Source: Candidatus Shapirobacteria bacterium (GTDB lineage: Bacteria; Patescibacteriota; Microgenomatia; UBA12405; BS750m-G30). From it: a DNA stretch of 44,227 bases. The DNA lies in NCBI GenBank assembly GCA_016783425.1, contig JADHWP010000002.1, forward strand, positions 1 through 44,227, read 5' to 3'. The position numbers and the translations under genes are program-made. Position 1 is the stretch's first letter, and the number at the start of each line of letters is the position of its first letter. The notes beneath the pieces were generated by a model. The model searched no databases and had not been told where the DNA came from. It saw nothing but the letters and a program-made list of their open reading frames with translations. Of this stretch, positions 24,937 through 33,562 are shown one piece after another.

Positions 24937-25007
24937 GGGAGCGTAGCTCAAGGGTAGAGTGCCCGTCTCCAAAACGGGTGATGAGGGTTCAACTCCCTCC
25001 GTTCCTA
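24937..25007 (+). tRNA. tRNA-Trp (anticodon CCA), 3' CCA not encoded
   Basis: Cloverleaf: acceptor GGGAGCG/CGTTCCT+A73, D arm GCTC/GAGT, anticodon arm CCCGT-CTCCAAA-ACGGG, T arm GAGGG-TTCAACT-CCCTC. Confidence 0.95.
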
Positions 25008-25084
25008 CTGAAAAATGAGCGAAAGATTTAGGTCGTTACCAGATTGTGTTATTAATTCTCCTGGAAGAAAGGAGGGAGTTTGGC

Positions 25085-26479
25085 ATGGCTTTAAATTTAT
25101 TTGGAACTAAAATTGAGGTACCAGGTTTAGTCGAGGATAAAACTCTTGATTACCTGCTTATCCAGGTAGCCAAAAGGAGCAGTGAAAGAAAGATTTTGGA
25201 TGATTTTTTGGACGATCAGCGCTTGGAGGAATTAGAGGCTAAAGCTAGGGAGGCAGCCAAAGACGAAGTTGAAGATAGCAATGGGCTTAATAAAACACTA
25301 TTGTCTGGTTTTTATGTTGAAGAAATGAAAAGACAGAGATTACCTAATGGCGTTTCTTTATACCATGAGTTAATTTACCGTTTTTTAGAAAAGGAAAATC
25401 CTGATTATCGAAGATATGCGGGCTTATTAAGAAAAGGAGTGAAAGGCTCACACCGCTTATTACCTCCAGATTTTCCTTCAAGTTTTAAAAAAGCGGAAAG
25501 TATCTTGGGTGGGAAATTGCGCAGCGAGTTGGGGGAAAAGGAGCAATTAGAATATTTAACTAGAAAAGAATTTACAACCCAGTTAAGAATTATTGCCCAA
25601 AATTTATTTTTCGGGGCTAATTATGGGCTGGAAAAGGAGGATTTAATTAGGTTTTTAACGGTGATGTATGAGCTAGGAAAAATTGAAACTAGCCAGCCTA
25701 TTACTCCTTCCCGATTAAGGGGCTTGTTAGCTGAAAGCTTAAAAAATAATCAACCATTGGAAATTGTGCATATTAAAAGTTTACGTTTTACCTACCCGGG
25801 TGGGGAGAGCCTGAAGATGCTAGAGGATACTCGGGCGGCAACTCAGCTTGGCTTAAAAGGCGAGCAAAGGTTTTACCCGAGTGAAGAAATTATTTTTGAG
25901 AGGTTAACCAATCTTAGGAAAATTTTTGAACAAGTGGGCCTTAGGGCTAGGGTGACAGTTATTGTTTCTGATCCTGATTTAGATTATTGTTTTCCGCCCG
26001 GGCAGGAGTTTGTTCCTTTAGCTGATGTATCTCGGGCAAGAGTTTCTGCCGGGCGCTATCTTGAGTATTTAAAAACCAATCATCTAAAAGTAGATAATCT
26101 CTGTTCTTTAACAGAATTTTTAGAACAAACAAGTGGGGCTAATAAGTTTCGGTCTGTTTTTTCCCAGTTAGTAGATGAAGGACGAAAAGGAGGAGGGGCA
26201 ACTATTAAACCTAAGATTTTAGAAATGAGAGTTAATGACCAATTTGACCATTATCAACAAATGTTTGGAGAAAAATATACTCGGGGTTTAGCTAGGCAAA
26301 CAGCTCTGGCGCAAATTGCTAATGTTTTATCGCTTTCTGTAGTTTTTTCTTCTTTCTCCACCACTCCTCTGCTAGTTATTGATAGTCGGGGCTTTGAGGA
26401 TCAACTTATTGGTGGTTATCAACCTGATTCAGTAGTTAAATTTTTTACCCGATTTAAGGATCCAACCGGCGTTATCTAA
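25085..26479 (+). CDS. Uncharacterised ~464-aa protein between tRNA-Trp and trpS
   Basis: Long ORF, SD GGAGGGAG before ATG 25085; C-terminal half is alpha/beta with VTVIVSD strand. Confidence 0.8.
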   Translation: MALNLFGTKIEVPGLVEDKTLDYLLIQVAKRSSERKILDDFLDDQRLEELEAKAREAAKDEVEDSNGLNKTLLSGFYVEEMKRQRLPNGVSLYHELIYRFLEKENPDYRRYAGLLRKGVKGSHRLLPPDFPSSFKKAESILGGKLRSELGEKEQLEYLTRKEFTTQLRIIAQNLFFGANYGLEKEDLIRFLTVMYELGKIETSQPITPSRLRGLLAESLKNNQPLEIVHIKSLRFTYPGGESLKMLEDTRAATQLGLKGEQRFYPSEEIIFERLTNLRKIFEQVGLRARVTVIVSDPDLDYCFPPGQEFVPLADVSRARVSAGRYLEYLKTNHLKVDNLCSLTEFLEQTSGANKFRSVFSQLVDEGRKGGGATIKPKILEMRVNDQFDHYQQMFGEKYTRGLARQTALAQIANVLSLSVVFSSFSTTPLLVIDSRGFEDQLIGGYQPDSVVKFFTRFKDPTGVI

Positions 26480-26507
26480 AAATAATGTTAAAATGGGGGA
26501 GGTGAAA

Positions 26508-27497
26508 ATGAATAAGAGAAAAAGAACATTTTCGGGAATTCAGCCCACGGGGAGTTTGCATATTGGTAATTACATTGGGACAATTAAGCAATGGGTGGAA
26601 ATGCAAAAAGATCATCAGTGTATTTACTGCGTGGTTGATTTGCATGCTATTACTGTTCCTAAAAAACCAGAGGTTTTAAAGGAAAGAATTAGGGAAGTAG
26701 CGGCTTTGTTTATCGCTTGTGGAGTTGACCCGGAAAAATCAATTATCTTTATTCAATCACATAATCCCGATCATTCAGTTTTAAGTTGGATTATGGATTG
26801 TACTGCTTCCATGGGACAGCTGGAGCGAATGACCCAGTATAAGTCTAAGTCTGAAAAGCAAAAAGGCTTTGTTAGCGTAGGCCTTTTTAATTATCCGGCT
26901 TTAATGGCGGCAGACATTCTTTTGTATCAGACTGATGTGGTTCCGGTTGGGGATGATCAAAAGCAGCATGTAGAGCTAACTCGGGATTTAGCTCAGCGTT
27001 TTAATTCACGCTACGGGGAAGTTTTTACTGAGCCGGAGGTAAGTTTACAAAAAGTGGGAGCGCGAGTAATGTCTTTGCAAGATCCTAGTGCAAAGATGAG
27101 CAAGTCAGACGAAGATCCCAATGGAACCATTGATCTACTAGATTCACTTGAGGAAGTAAAGAAGAAAATAATGAGTGCGGTTACTGATTCGGGCAAAGAA
27201 ATTGTTTTTAAGAAAGAAAAGCTGGCAATTAGCAACTTATTGGGAATTTATTCTCAACTGGGAAATATTTCAATTGAGGAGTTGGAAAAAAAATATCAGG
27301 GCAAGGGGTATGGGGAGTTTAAGAAGGATTTGGTTGAGGCGGTAGTGGAGTTTCTCAAGCCTATTCAAAAAAAGTATTATCGGATTATGAAAAACCAGGA
27401 GGGATTAGAAAAGATTTTAAAGCAGGGAGGGGAAAAAGCCAGAGCGATTTCCCAAAAAACTCTAGCTGAAGTTTATAAAGTAATGGGGCTAGGATAA
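26508..27497 (+). CDS. trpS: Tryptophan--tRNA ligase (bacterial type)
   Basis: SGIQPTG.LHIGNY, VDLHA, YPALMAADILLY, VPVGDDQKQH, KMSKS; SD GGAGGTG. Confidence 0.97.
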   Translation: MNKRKRTFSGIQPTGSLHIGNYIGTIKQWVEMQKDHQCIYCVVDLHAITVPKKPEVLKERIREVAALFIACGVDPEKSIIFIQSHNPDHSVLSWIMDCTASMGQLERMTQYKSKSEKQKGFVSVGLFNYPALMAADILLYQTDVVPVGDDQKQHVELTRDLAQRFNSRYGEVFTEPEVSLQKVGARVMSLQDPSAKMSKSDEDPNGTIDLLDSLEEVKKKIMSAVTDSGKEIVFKKEKLAISNLLGIYSQLGNISIEELEKKYQGKGYGEFKKDLVEAVVEFLKPIQKKYYRIMKNQEGLEKILKQGGEKARAISQKTLAEVYKVMGLG

Positions 27498-27652
27498 TGA
27501 CTGAAAAAACAGCTATTGCCTTAAGTGGAAATGGTTGGGGTGGAAGGAACAGGGGTGAAAGGCTGGTTGGCGAGTGTAAGGGAGTGCTGGATCCCGAGTT
27601 TTCCTTACTGGTGAACAGTAAGGAAAAAAAGCTTATACTAGAAGAAAATTAG
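27497..27652 (+). CDS. Possible 51-aa ORF coupled to trpS (may be a gene relic)
   Basis: TAATG stop/start overlap with trpS; contains a 12-bp perfect hairpin at 27599-27627. Confidence 0.3.
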   Translation: MTEKTAIALSGNGWGGRNRGERLVGECKGVLDPEFSLLVNSKEKKLILEEN

Positions 27653-27666
27653 GATAAGGGGAAAAT

Positions 27667-27753
27667 ATGAAAGAGCTAAAAAAGATACCAAAATTTAATA
27701 GTGAAGAGGAAGAAAAAAAGTTCTGGATGACTCATGATTCAACTGATTATTTT
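27667..27753 (+). pseudogene. Truncated CopG/BrnA-type antitoxin
   Basis: MKELKKIPKFNSEEEEKKFWMTHDSTDYF is the typical N-terminus; similarity ends where the convergent gene 27747..27956 ends. Confidence 0.7.
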
Positions 27754-27956
27754 TTAACTTTTTCTTTTAGTTTCAAAACTCTTTCCTTGGCTGTGACGAT
27801 GGAATTTTCCAGCACTTTTAACTGATTATCAAAATGTTCATCGTGGTGCCAGCGATCGGGGGATTGCTTTTTGAGTTCCCTATATTGCTCTTGGTATTTT
27901 TTCAGCTTTGCTTTCCAGAATTTAAGCCGTTCTTGAGAAGTAATCGGGATTTTCAT
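27747..27956 (-). CDS. Small coiled-coil hypothetical protein
   Basis: 69 aa, helical hairpin, TGCTATAAT upstream. Confidence 0.55.
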   Translation of the reverse strand: MKIPITSQERLKFWKAKLKKYQEQYRELKKQSPDRWHHDEHFDNQLKVLENSIVTAKERVLKLKEKVKK

Positions 27957-27985
27957 TAGAAAGAAAATTATAGCATAATTAAAAA

Positions 27986-28546
27986 ATGAGCAAGAAAAGA
28001 ACCTATCTTTTAAAAAGTAAAAAGAATGGATTTTATCAGGAGTTCTTTTATTCTAAAAATCTTTTAGGAAAAACAAGCTTAAGAAAAGGAAAAAAATTTT
28101 CTTTAAAAGAGATTGAAGAAGAGTTTAAAAGATTTTCTAATAAGGATATTTTTACTAATACTCTTTTAAAAAAAGTATTTTGGGAGAAAGCGACTTGGGA
28201 GCTAAAACTGGCCATATTTCTTTCTTATTTTTATCAGCAAAAAATAAACGTCTTCTCTATTGGCAACGTGCAGATAAGCAGTTGGTTAAAAATACCTTTT
28301 TTCAAAAAAGAATATGATTTTGTAAAAAAAGAAGCCGTTTTTGGCAAAAAGCTAAATCTTAAAAGAACAATTTTAGCTAAGGTGAGAACTAAGGGCAGTG
28401 ACCATCTTCTCGGTTTGCGGTTTGACAACATTCATTTGGCTCTTGACTGGCTTGAGGGTAAAAAGGTTTATCTTCTTCACTGGGACATTATCGCTCCCAG
28501 GCTTTCACCAATTTCCTGGTCTAAGCATAGGCTTAAAGATCGTTAA
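27986..28546 (+). CDS. Hypothetical basic protein
   Basis: 186-aa ORF; H...D......LHWD C-terminal motif. Confidence 0.55.
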   Translation: MSKKRTYLLKSKKNGFYQEFFYSKNLLGKTSLRKGKKFSLKEIEEEFKRFSNKDIFTNTLLKKVFWEKATWELKLAIFLSYFYQQKINVFSIGNVQISSWLKIPFFKKEYDFVKKEAVFGKKLNLKRTILAKVRTKGSDHLLGLRFDNIHLALDWLEGKKVYLLHWDIIAPRLSPISWSKHRLKDR

Positions 28547-29610
28547 AGAATTTGCTCAGAAGCTTTGACTATTTTATCAGCCGCTTGAATATTGCCTGCT
28601 TTTTCTTTTAAAACAGATCTTGCTTTTTCGTTTATTAATTCAGGATTATTAAGGATTTGCCCTAAAACGACTCTTAATTGTTTTGGTTTTTCTGTGATCC
28701 AGCCCAAGTTTTTTTCCTTAATAATTTCCAGGTTTCCTGACTCTTGGCCGCGCAGGTGAGTAAGGACTAAAAATGGTTTGTTCATCGCTACGGCTTCAAA
28801 CAAAGAATTGGGTCCGGCCTTACCTGCCACTAAATCAGCCTTGTTCATTAGCCCAGGAAGATTATTAGTGAAGCCATAAAGCTTATAATTCATTTTATTT
28901 ACGCAACGGTAGGAGTTCAAAGTTTGGTAGAAAAGCTTGCTGCTGCCGGCGACAATGGTTAGTTTTAAATCTTTTTCAAACTCTTTAAATATGGGCAGGA
29001 ACTTAAACAGAGAGTTAGTGCCCACACTGCCGGCGACAATTAAAATACTAATTGGCTTTTTAGCCTTTTCAATCTTTTCGCTTTTTTGGTAAAAACTCTT
29101 TCTGGTAAGCCAGCCGGTAATGATTATTTTCTTTTTATCCACCCCGCCCAAATTAAGCTCGTTTTTTAGCTTTTGGTCATAAACAAAGTGAAGGTCCACA
29201 TCAGTGGAAAAATAATAGCTAAAAATGGTACGCGGATCAACCACAATGCTAAGTAACTTGTAATTGTATTTATTTTTATTTTTTTCCAAAACCTGATTAA
29301 AAACGCAATGAGTAGAAAGAACCAGGCTAGGCTTGAATTCCTCTATTTCTTTGACTATTTGGGCAGGCACAACCACTTTATTGAGTTTTTTGAGAATTCC
29401 CTGGAGGCGGCGGGCGTTAAAAATCGGGTAAAAGTATTTCCAGGCCTTAGGAAAAAAAAGATAGATAAGATTGTAGCTCGTCTGTAAGTTTTTTAACTCC
29501 TGGTTGACTAGTTTTGTTTCCCAGCCGTCTTTTTTATAAGCCTCATTAGCGGCTTGGGCTAAACTCAAGTGTCCGTAGCGGGTGGTGAAAATTAAAATTT
29601 TTTTGGACAT
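28543..29610 (-). CDS. MGDG synthase/UgtP-like glycosyltransferase (GT28)
   Basis: GHLSLAQA, STH, GFTNN...LM..ADLV.GKAG, GQESGN. Confidence 0.85.
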   Translation of the reverse strand: MSKKILIFTTRYGHLSLAQAANEAYKKDGWETKLVNQELKNLQTSYNLIYLFFPKAWKYFYPIFNARRLQGILKKLNKVVVPAQIVKEIEEFKPSLVLSTHCVFNQVLEKNKNKYNYKLLSIVVDPRTIFSYYFSTDVDLHFVYDQKLKNELNLGGVDKKKIIITGWLTRKSFYQKSEKIEKAKKPISILIVAGSVGTNSLFKFLPIFKEFEKDLKLTIVAGSSKLFYQTLNSYRCVNKMNYKLYGFTNNLPGLMNKADLVAGKAGPNSLFEAVAMNKPFLVLTHLRGQESGNLEIIKEKNLGWITEKPKQLRVVLGQILNNPELINEKARSVLKEKAGNIQAADKIVKASEQIL

Positions 29611-29675
29611 GTCCTTTGGCAATATAACCTCATTTTGTATATGGTAGCATGTTTAAGTTGTGATAGAATAAAACT

Positions 29676-30377
29676 ATGCTTTGGATTAATTTCAAAATTT
29701 ATAAGCAGAGTTTTGGCGAGGGGGCCTTAAAGCTGGCTAGAGCTTGTCAAAAGGTAGTTGATGAAACTGGGGTTAAAATTATTCCGGTGGTTTCCGCTTT
29801 TGATTTAGTTCGGGTCAAGGAGGTCTTTTCGGGAGAGGTTTGGGTTCAACATTTGGACTTCTATTTTGAGGGTAAGCATACGGGCTGGCTATCGCCTTTA
29901 CAAGCGCTTGCTTTAGGAGCAGGCGGGAGTTTGCTTAACCATTCCGAGCATAAGTTACCCCCCGGCCAAATTCGGCAAACTGTAGCCTACTTAAAGCGAA
30001 AAAAATGGGTTGAGCATTGGGAAAAAGAAGTTGACAGTATTGAAAAATTTAAAATCATGGTTTGCTTTGGCTCCCAGGGTCAAGCTAAAAGCTGGTTAAG
30101 AAAACTAGATCCTCAGCCGGATTTTGTCGCTTATGAGCCGGCCGAGTTGATTGGGGGTAAAGTATCGGTGGCGCAAAGTCAACCGGCAATGATTAAAAAT
30201 ATGGTTGAGTTGATGGCCGGGTATAATTTGGTAGTTGGAGCTGGGGTTCACTGCGCCGCTGATGTGAAAAAAGCTATAGAGTTGGGGGCAGTAGGAGTTT
30301 TGGTTAGCTCTGATGTGGTAAAAGCCAAAAATCCTCAAAAAGAATTATTAGAATTAGCCTTGGCTTTTGGCAAATAA
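29676..30377 (+). CDS. tpiA: Triosephosphate isomerase, short archaeal-type
   Basis: INFKIY, LLNHSEH, AYEP.ELIG, GAGV, GVLVSS.VVKA. Confidence 0.88.
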   Translation: MLWINFKIYKQSFGEGALKLARACQKVVDETGVKIIPVVSAFDLVRVKEVFSGEVWVQHLDFYFEGKHTGWLSPLQALALGAGGSLLNHSEHKLPPGQIRQTVAYLKRKKWVEHWEKEVDSIEKFKIMVCFGSQGQAKSWLRKLDPQPDFVAYEPAELIGGKVSVAQSQPAMIKNMVELMAGYNLVVGAGVHCAADVKKAIELGAVGVLVSSDVVKAKNPQKELLELALAFGK

Positions 30378-30378
30378 A

Positions 30379-30837
30379 ATGGTTTACTTAGGCGCTGATC
30401 ATCTAGGCTGGCATCTTAAAGAAAAAATCGCTCATTGGTTGAGAGCCTGGAACTTTCCTTTTGAAGATTTAGGCAATAAAGAATTGGACGAAGAAGATGA
30501 TTATCCGGATTGGGCCGCTAGAGTAGCCCAAAAAGTTTCCAAGCACGAAAAAGAGGCGGTGGGGATTGTGGTTTGCGGCTCTGGCGTGGGGGCGGATATT
30601 GTGGCCAACAAATTTCCCAAAATTCGTTGCGGCTTGGGTTTTGGGGCGGCCCAAATAAAGTCTGCTCGGGCTGATGATGATATCAATGTTTTAGCCTTGC
30701 CGGCTGATTTTTTATCTGACAAAAAGGCCAAAAAAATCGTGGAGGCTTTTTTACAAACCGAGTTTGAGGGGGCAGAGCGGCAAAAAAGAAGAATTAGCAA
30801 AGTTTTAAATTTGAGCAATGTATTTGTCGAAAAGTAA
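30379..30837 (+). CDS. rpiB: Ribose-5-phosphate isomerase B
   Basis: GADH.G, DDYPD, CGSGVG..IVANK, R.DDD.NVL.L. Confidence 0.9.
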   Translation: MVYLGADHLGWHLKEKIAHWLRAWNFPFEDLGNKELDEEDDYPDWAARVAQKVSKHEKEAVGIVVCGSGVGADIVANKFPKIRCGLGFGAAQIKSARADDDINVLALPADFLSDKKAKKIVEAFLQTEFEGAERQKRRISKVLNLSNVFVEK

Positions 30838-31807
30838 TTTTGATTTTACCGGAAAAAGGGTGCTTTTGCGCATTGATGCGGATGTGGATTTGAAGAAAAA
30901 AGGAAAAGGTTGGGTAGTAGATGAGGATTATCGTTTAAGCTGCGCCTTACCCAGTATTCGTTTTTTGCAAGAAAAGAAAGTTGAACAAATTGTTTTATTG
31001 GGTCATTTGGGTCGGCCTGGGGGAAAAATAGTTAAGGATCTAAGTTTAAGACCAGTTGCTAATTGGTTTGAAAAAAGATTAGGTAAAAAAGAAAAGCTGG
31101 TTTTGCTGGAGAATTTACGCTTTTCCTCCGGAGAAAAAAATAAAGATATAGATTTTGTTAAAAAATTAGCCGTTCCAGGAGAGGTTTTTGTTAATGATGC
31201 TTTTGGGAGTTCTCATCGGGATCATGCTTCTATCACTGGTTTACCCCAAGCTTTACCTTCTTTTTTAGGTTTAAGAATTGAGGGAGAAGTAAAAACCTTA
31301 AGCTGGCTAAAGGCGCACTCTCCCCGACCATTGGTTTTTGTTTTAGGGGGAAGCAAAAAGGGGAAGGTTGATTATTTGGATTTTCTTTCTTCCTGGGCAG
31401 ACCAGTTGCTGGTGGGGGGCAAGCTTCCAAAGTTAGTTCAAAACTTAAAGCTAAAAGCAAAAAGCCAGAAAAAAAAGCTCGTGTTTGGAAAATTAAATAA
31501 GGCGGGCAAAGATATTGATAAAAGAACGATAAAAAAATTTAAAAAAGCAATAGCCGGCGCCAAAACCATTGTTTGGGCGGGCCCAATGGGAGTATATGAA
31601 GAAAAAGAAAATCGAGCGGGAACACAAGAGATTGCTAAGGCGATTGCCGAAAGCCGGGCTTTTAAAATTGCCGGCGGGGGCGATACTCATCGGGTGCTTT
31701 CTCAATTACGGCTTTGGAGTTGTTTTAATTTTGTTTCCACGGGAGGCGGAGCGATGCTCCAGTTTTTAAAAGACGAAACTTTACCGGGGATTAAGGCGAT
31801 TAAATAG
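30818..31807 (+). CDS. pgk: Phosphoglycerate kinase (shortened)
   Basis: RID.DV, HLGRP, LENLRF, NDAFG.SHR.HAS, GPMGVYE, GGGDT, STGGGA. Confidence 0.92.
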   Translation: MYLSKSNFDFTGKRVLLRIDADVDLKKKGKGWVVDEDYRLSCALPSIRFLQEKKVEQIVLLGHLGRPGGKIVKDLSLRPVANWFEKRLGKKEKLVLLENLRFSSGEKNKDIDFVKKLAVPGEVFVNDAFGSSHRDHASITGLPQALPSFLGLRIEGEVKTLSWLKAHSPRPLVFVLGGSKKGKVDYLDFLSSWADQLLVGGKLPKLVQNLKLKAKSQKKKLVFGKLNKAGKDIDKRTIKKFKKAIAGAKTIVWAGPMGVYEEKENRAGTQEIAKAIAESRAFKIAGGGDTHRVLSQLRLWSCFNFVSTGGGAMLQFLKDETLPGIKAIK

Positions 31808-32432
31808 TTTTTTGCCCTTTTTTCATTCTCTCTTTTATTAAAAGAAGCCAAAAAGAGCCAATAAAAGAGAAAACAGAAACAATTACAAATAATGGAGCAA
31901 AGCCTAGATTTTGGGCAATTATTCCCCCTATGGCGGCCGCTCCGGCGCCGGTCAGGTCAGTGAGGGTAAAGTAAATACCCCATTCGGTTCCTTCCTGGGT
32001 TGGCTCTATGTGACGGGTGAAAATTGCCATCCAGGAGGGAAAAGTAAAAGCCTGAGCCAGTCCGTAAATAAACTGGATTAGATAAACTTCTAAGGGCGCG
32101 CGGGCAATTAAGTATAAAAGGGGGACTAGGCTGGTCACCAAAGAGCCGACTACCATGGCCCAAAAATCATCCCGCTCCCCCCTAATTCGATCAACTATCT
32201 GAGCAACGGGCAGTTGGCCTAGGGATTTAGTGAGAAAATAGATCATCGAAGCGATGCCGGCGACTTCAATATTACCCCCCTGGATATTATCGGTTAGAAA
32301 AATGGCGAAAATGGGACTGATTAAACCAAAGCCGGAGAGAATAAAAACATCAGAAATAGTGAGGGTTTTGATTATCTGGTTAGTTTTAAGCTGAAAATAT
32401 TGGCGCCAGTTTTTCTTTTCCAGTCTGGTCAT
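31800..32432 (-). CDS. Half-size MFS transporter (about 6 TM)
   Basis: PIFAIF, motif-A-like D...G.R, six hydrophobic segments in 210 aa. Confidence 0.75.
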   Translation of the reverse strand: MTRLEKKNWRQYFQLKTNQIIKTLTISDVFILSGFGLISPIFAIFLTDNIQGGNIEVAGIASMIYFLTKSLGQLPVAQIVDRIRGERDDFWAMVVGSLVTSLVPLLYLIARAPLEVYLIQFIYGLAQAFTFPSWMAIFTRHIEPTQEGTEWGIYFTLTDLTGAGAAAIGGIIAQNLGFAPLFVIVSVFSFIGSFWLLLIKERMKKGQKTI

Positions 32433-32498
32433 AGTGTTGATTATGTCATTTTTTCTTTTTCGGAGTCAACAATTTGTTAAACTACATTATACCCTAAA

Positions 32499-32527
32499 TT
32501 GACAAGGGCTGGGATTGGTTGTAAGCT
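32499..32527 (+). promoter_or_regulatory. Sigma70 promoter of gap (leaderless)
   Basis: TTGACA-17 nt-TAAGCT, 6 nt before ATG 32534. Confidence 0.7.
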
Positions 32528-32533
32528 GATATT

Positions 32534-33562
32534 ATGAGTAAGGCAAGGGTGGCGATTAATGGTTTTGGCCGGATCGGGAGAGTTGCTTTTCGGGCCTGGT
32601 GGGAGCGCTATTCTGAAGAAATTGATTTGGTAGCTATTAATACCTCCGGTTCAATGGGGGTCGAGGGCTGGGCTCATCTTTTAAAATACGATACGGTTTA
32701 CGGCCGTTTTTCGGAAAAGATTGAAATTGTTGAGCCTAAAGGCGGAGAGGAGATTGGAAGGATTAAAGTTAAGGATCGGGAATTTCCAATTCTGGCCCAG
32801 CGTAATCCTCAAAAAATCAGATGGAAGAATTATAAAACTGATATTGTGCTGGAGTGCACTGGCGCTTTTGAGGACAAAAAAGCGGCCGGTCATTTCAAAG
32901 GAGGGGCAAAAAAGGTGATTATTTCTTCTCCCCCTAAAGATCCTCAAATTCCGGTTTATTTGCTGGGGGTTAATGATCAGGAATACAAGGGGGAGAATTT
33001 AATTAGTAATGGTTCTTGCACCACCAATTGTGTGGCGCCCCTGGTTAAATTAATTGATCAAAAGCTTGGCTTTGAGGAATGCGTAATGATTACTATTCAC
33101 GGCTATACTTCCACTCAAAACTTAGTGGATGGCTCCCATTCGGATTTGCGCCGAGCCAGAGCGGCGGCGCAAAATATTGTTCCGACCGGAACCGGGGCGG
33201 CCAAGGCGGTAGTGGCTGCTTATCCGCAAGCACAAGGTCGATTCGCGGCTTCAGCCGTACGAGTGCCGGTAGCTTGTGGCTCCTATTCAGAGTTTGTTTT
33301 TAAATTGAAAAAAAAAGTAACCGTGGATCAGGTTAATCAGTTAATGATTGAAGCCGCCGGTAATCAGCTGGCGGGAATCGTTAAAGTTTCTTTTGAGCCT
33401 TTGGTATCTTCTGATATTTTGGGTAATTCCGCTTCAGCCATTGTGGACCTGCCTTTAACCCAGGTAGTTTCCGAGGACATGCTTCATTTGGGCGCCTGGT
33501 ATGATAATGAATACGGTTATTGTTGCCGCTTGCTGGAGTTAGCTTCCAGGATTAATCAGTGA
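32534..33562 (+). CDS. gap: Glyceraldehyde-3-phosphate dehydrogenase type I
   Basis: INGFGRIGR, SNGSCTTNC, RVPV, WYDNEYGY. Confidence 0.97.
   Translation: MSKARVAINGFGRIGRVAFRAWWERYSEEIDLVAINTSGSMGVEGWAHLLKYDTVYGRFSEKIEIVEPKGGEEIGRIKVKDREFPILAQRNPQKIRWKNYKTDIVLECTGAFEDKKAAGHFKGGAKKVIISSPPKDPQIPVYLLGVNDQEYKGENLISNGSCTTNCVAPLVKLIDQKLGFEECVMITIHGYTSTQNLVDGSHSDLRRARAAAQNIVPTGTGAAKAVVAAYPQAQGRFAASAVRVPVACGSYSEFVFKLKKKVTVDQVNQLMIEAAGNQLAGIVKVSFEPLVSSDILGNSASAIVDLPLTQVVSEDMLHLGAWYDNEYGYCCRLLELASRINQ

Noticed and set aside
24937..25007. Suppressor/Sec tRNA or genetic code 25 recoding
   Set aside because: Anticodon is CCA with a short variable loop, and many intact genes here end in TGA
23186..25007. 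rtcB as a dedicated splicing partner of the tRNA-Trp
   Set aside because: The tRNA has no intron or split; divergent adjacency alone is insufficient, although a repair role cannot be excluded
27599..27627. Intrinsic terminator for trpS
   Set aside because: The hairpin has its T-run 5' and A-run 3' on both strands, so no U-tract follows the stem
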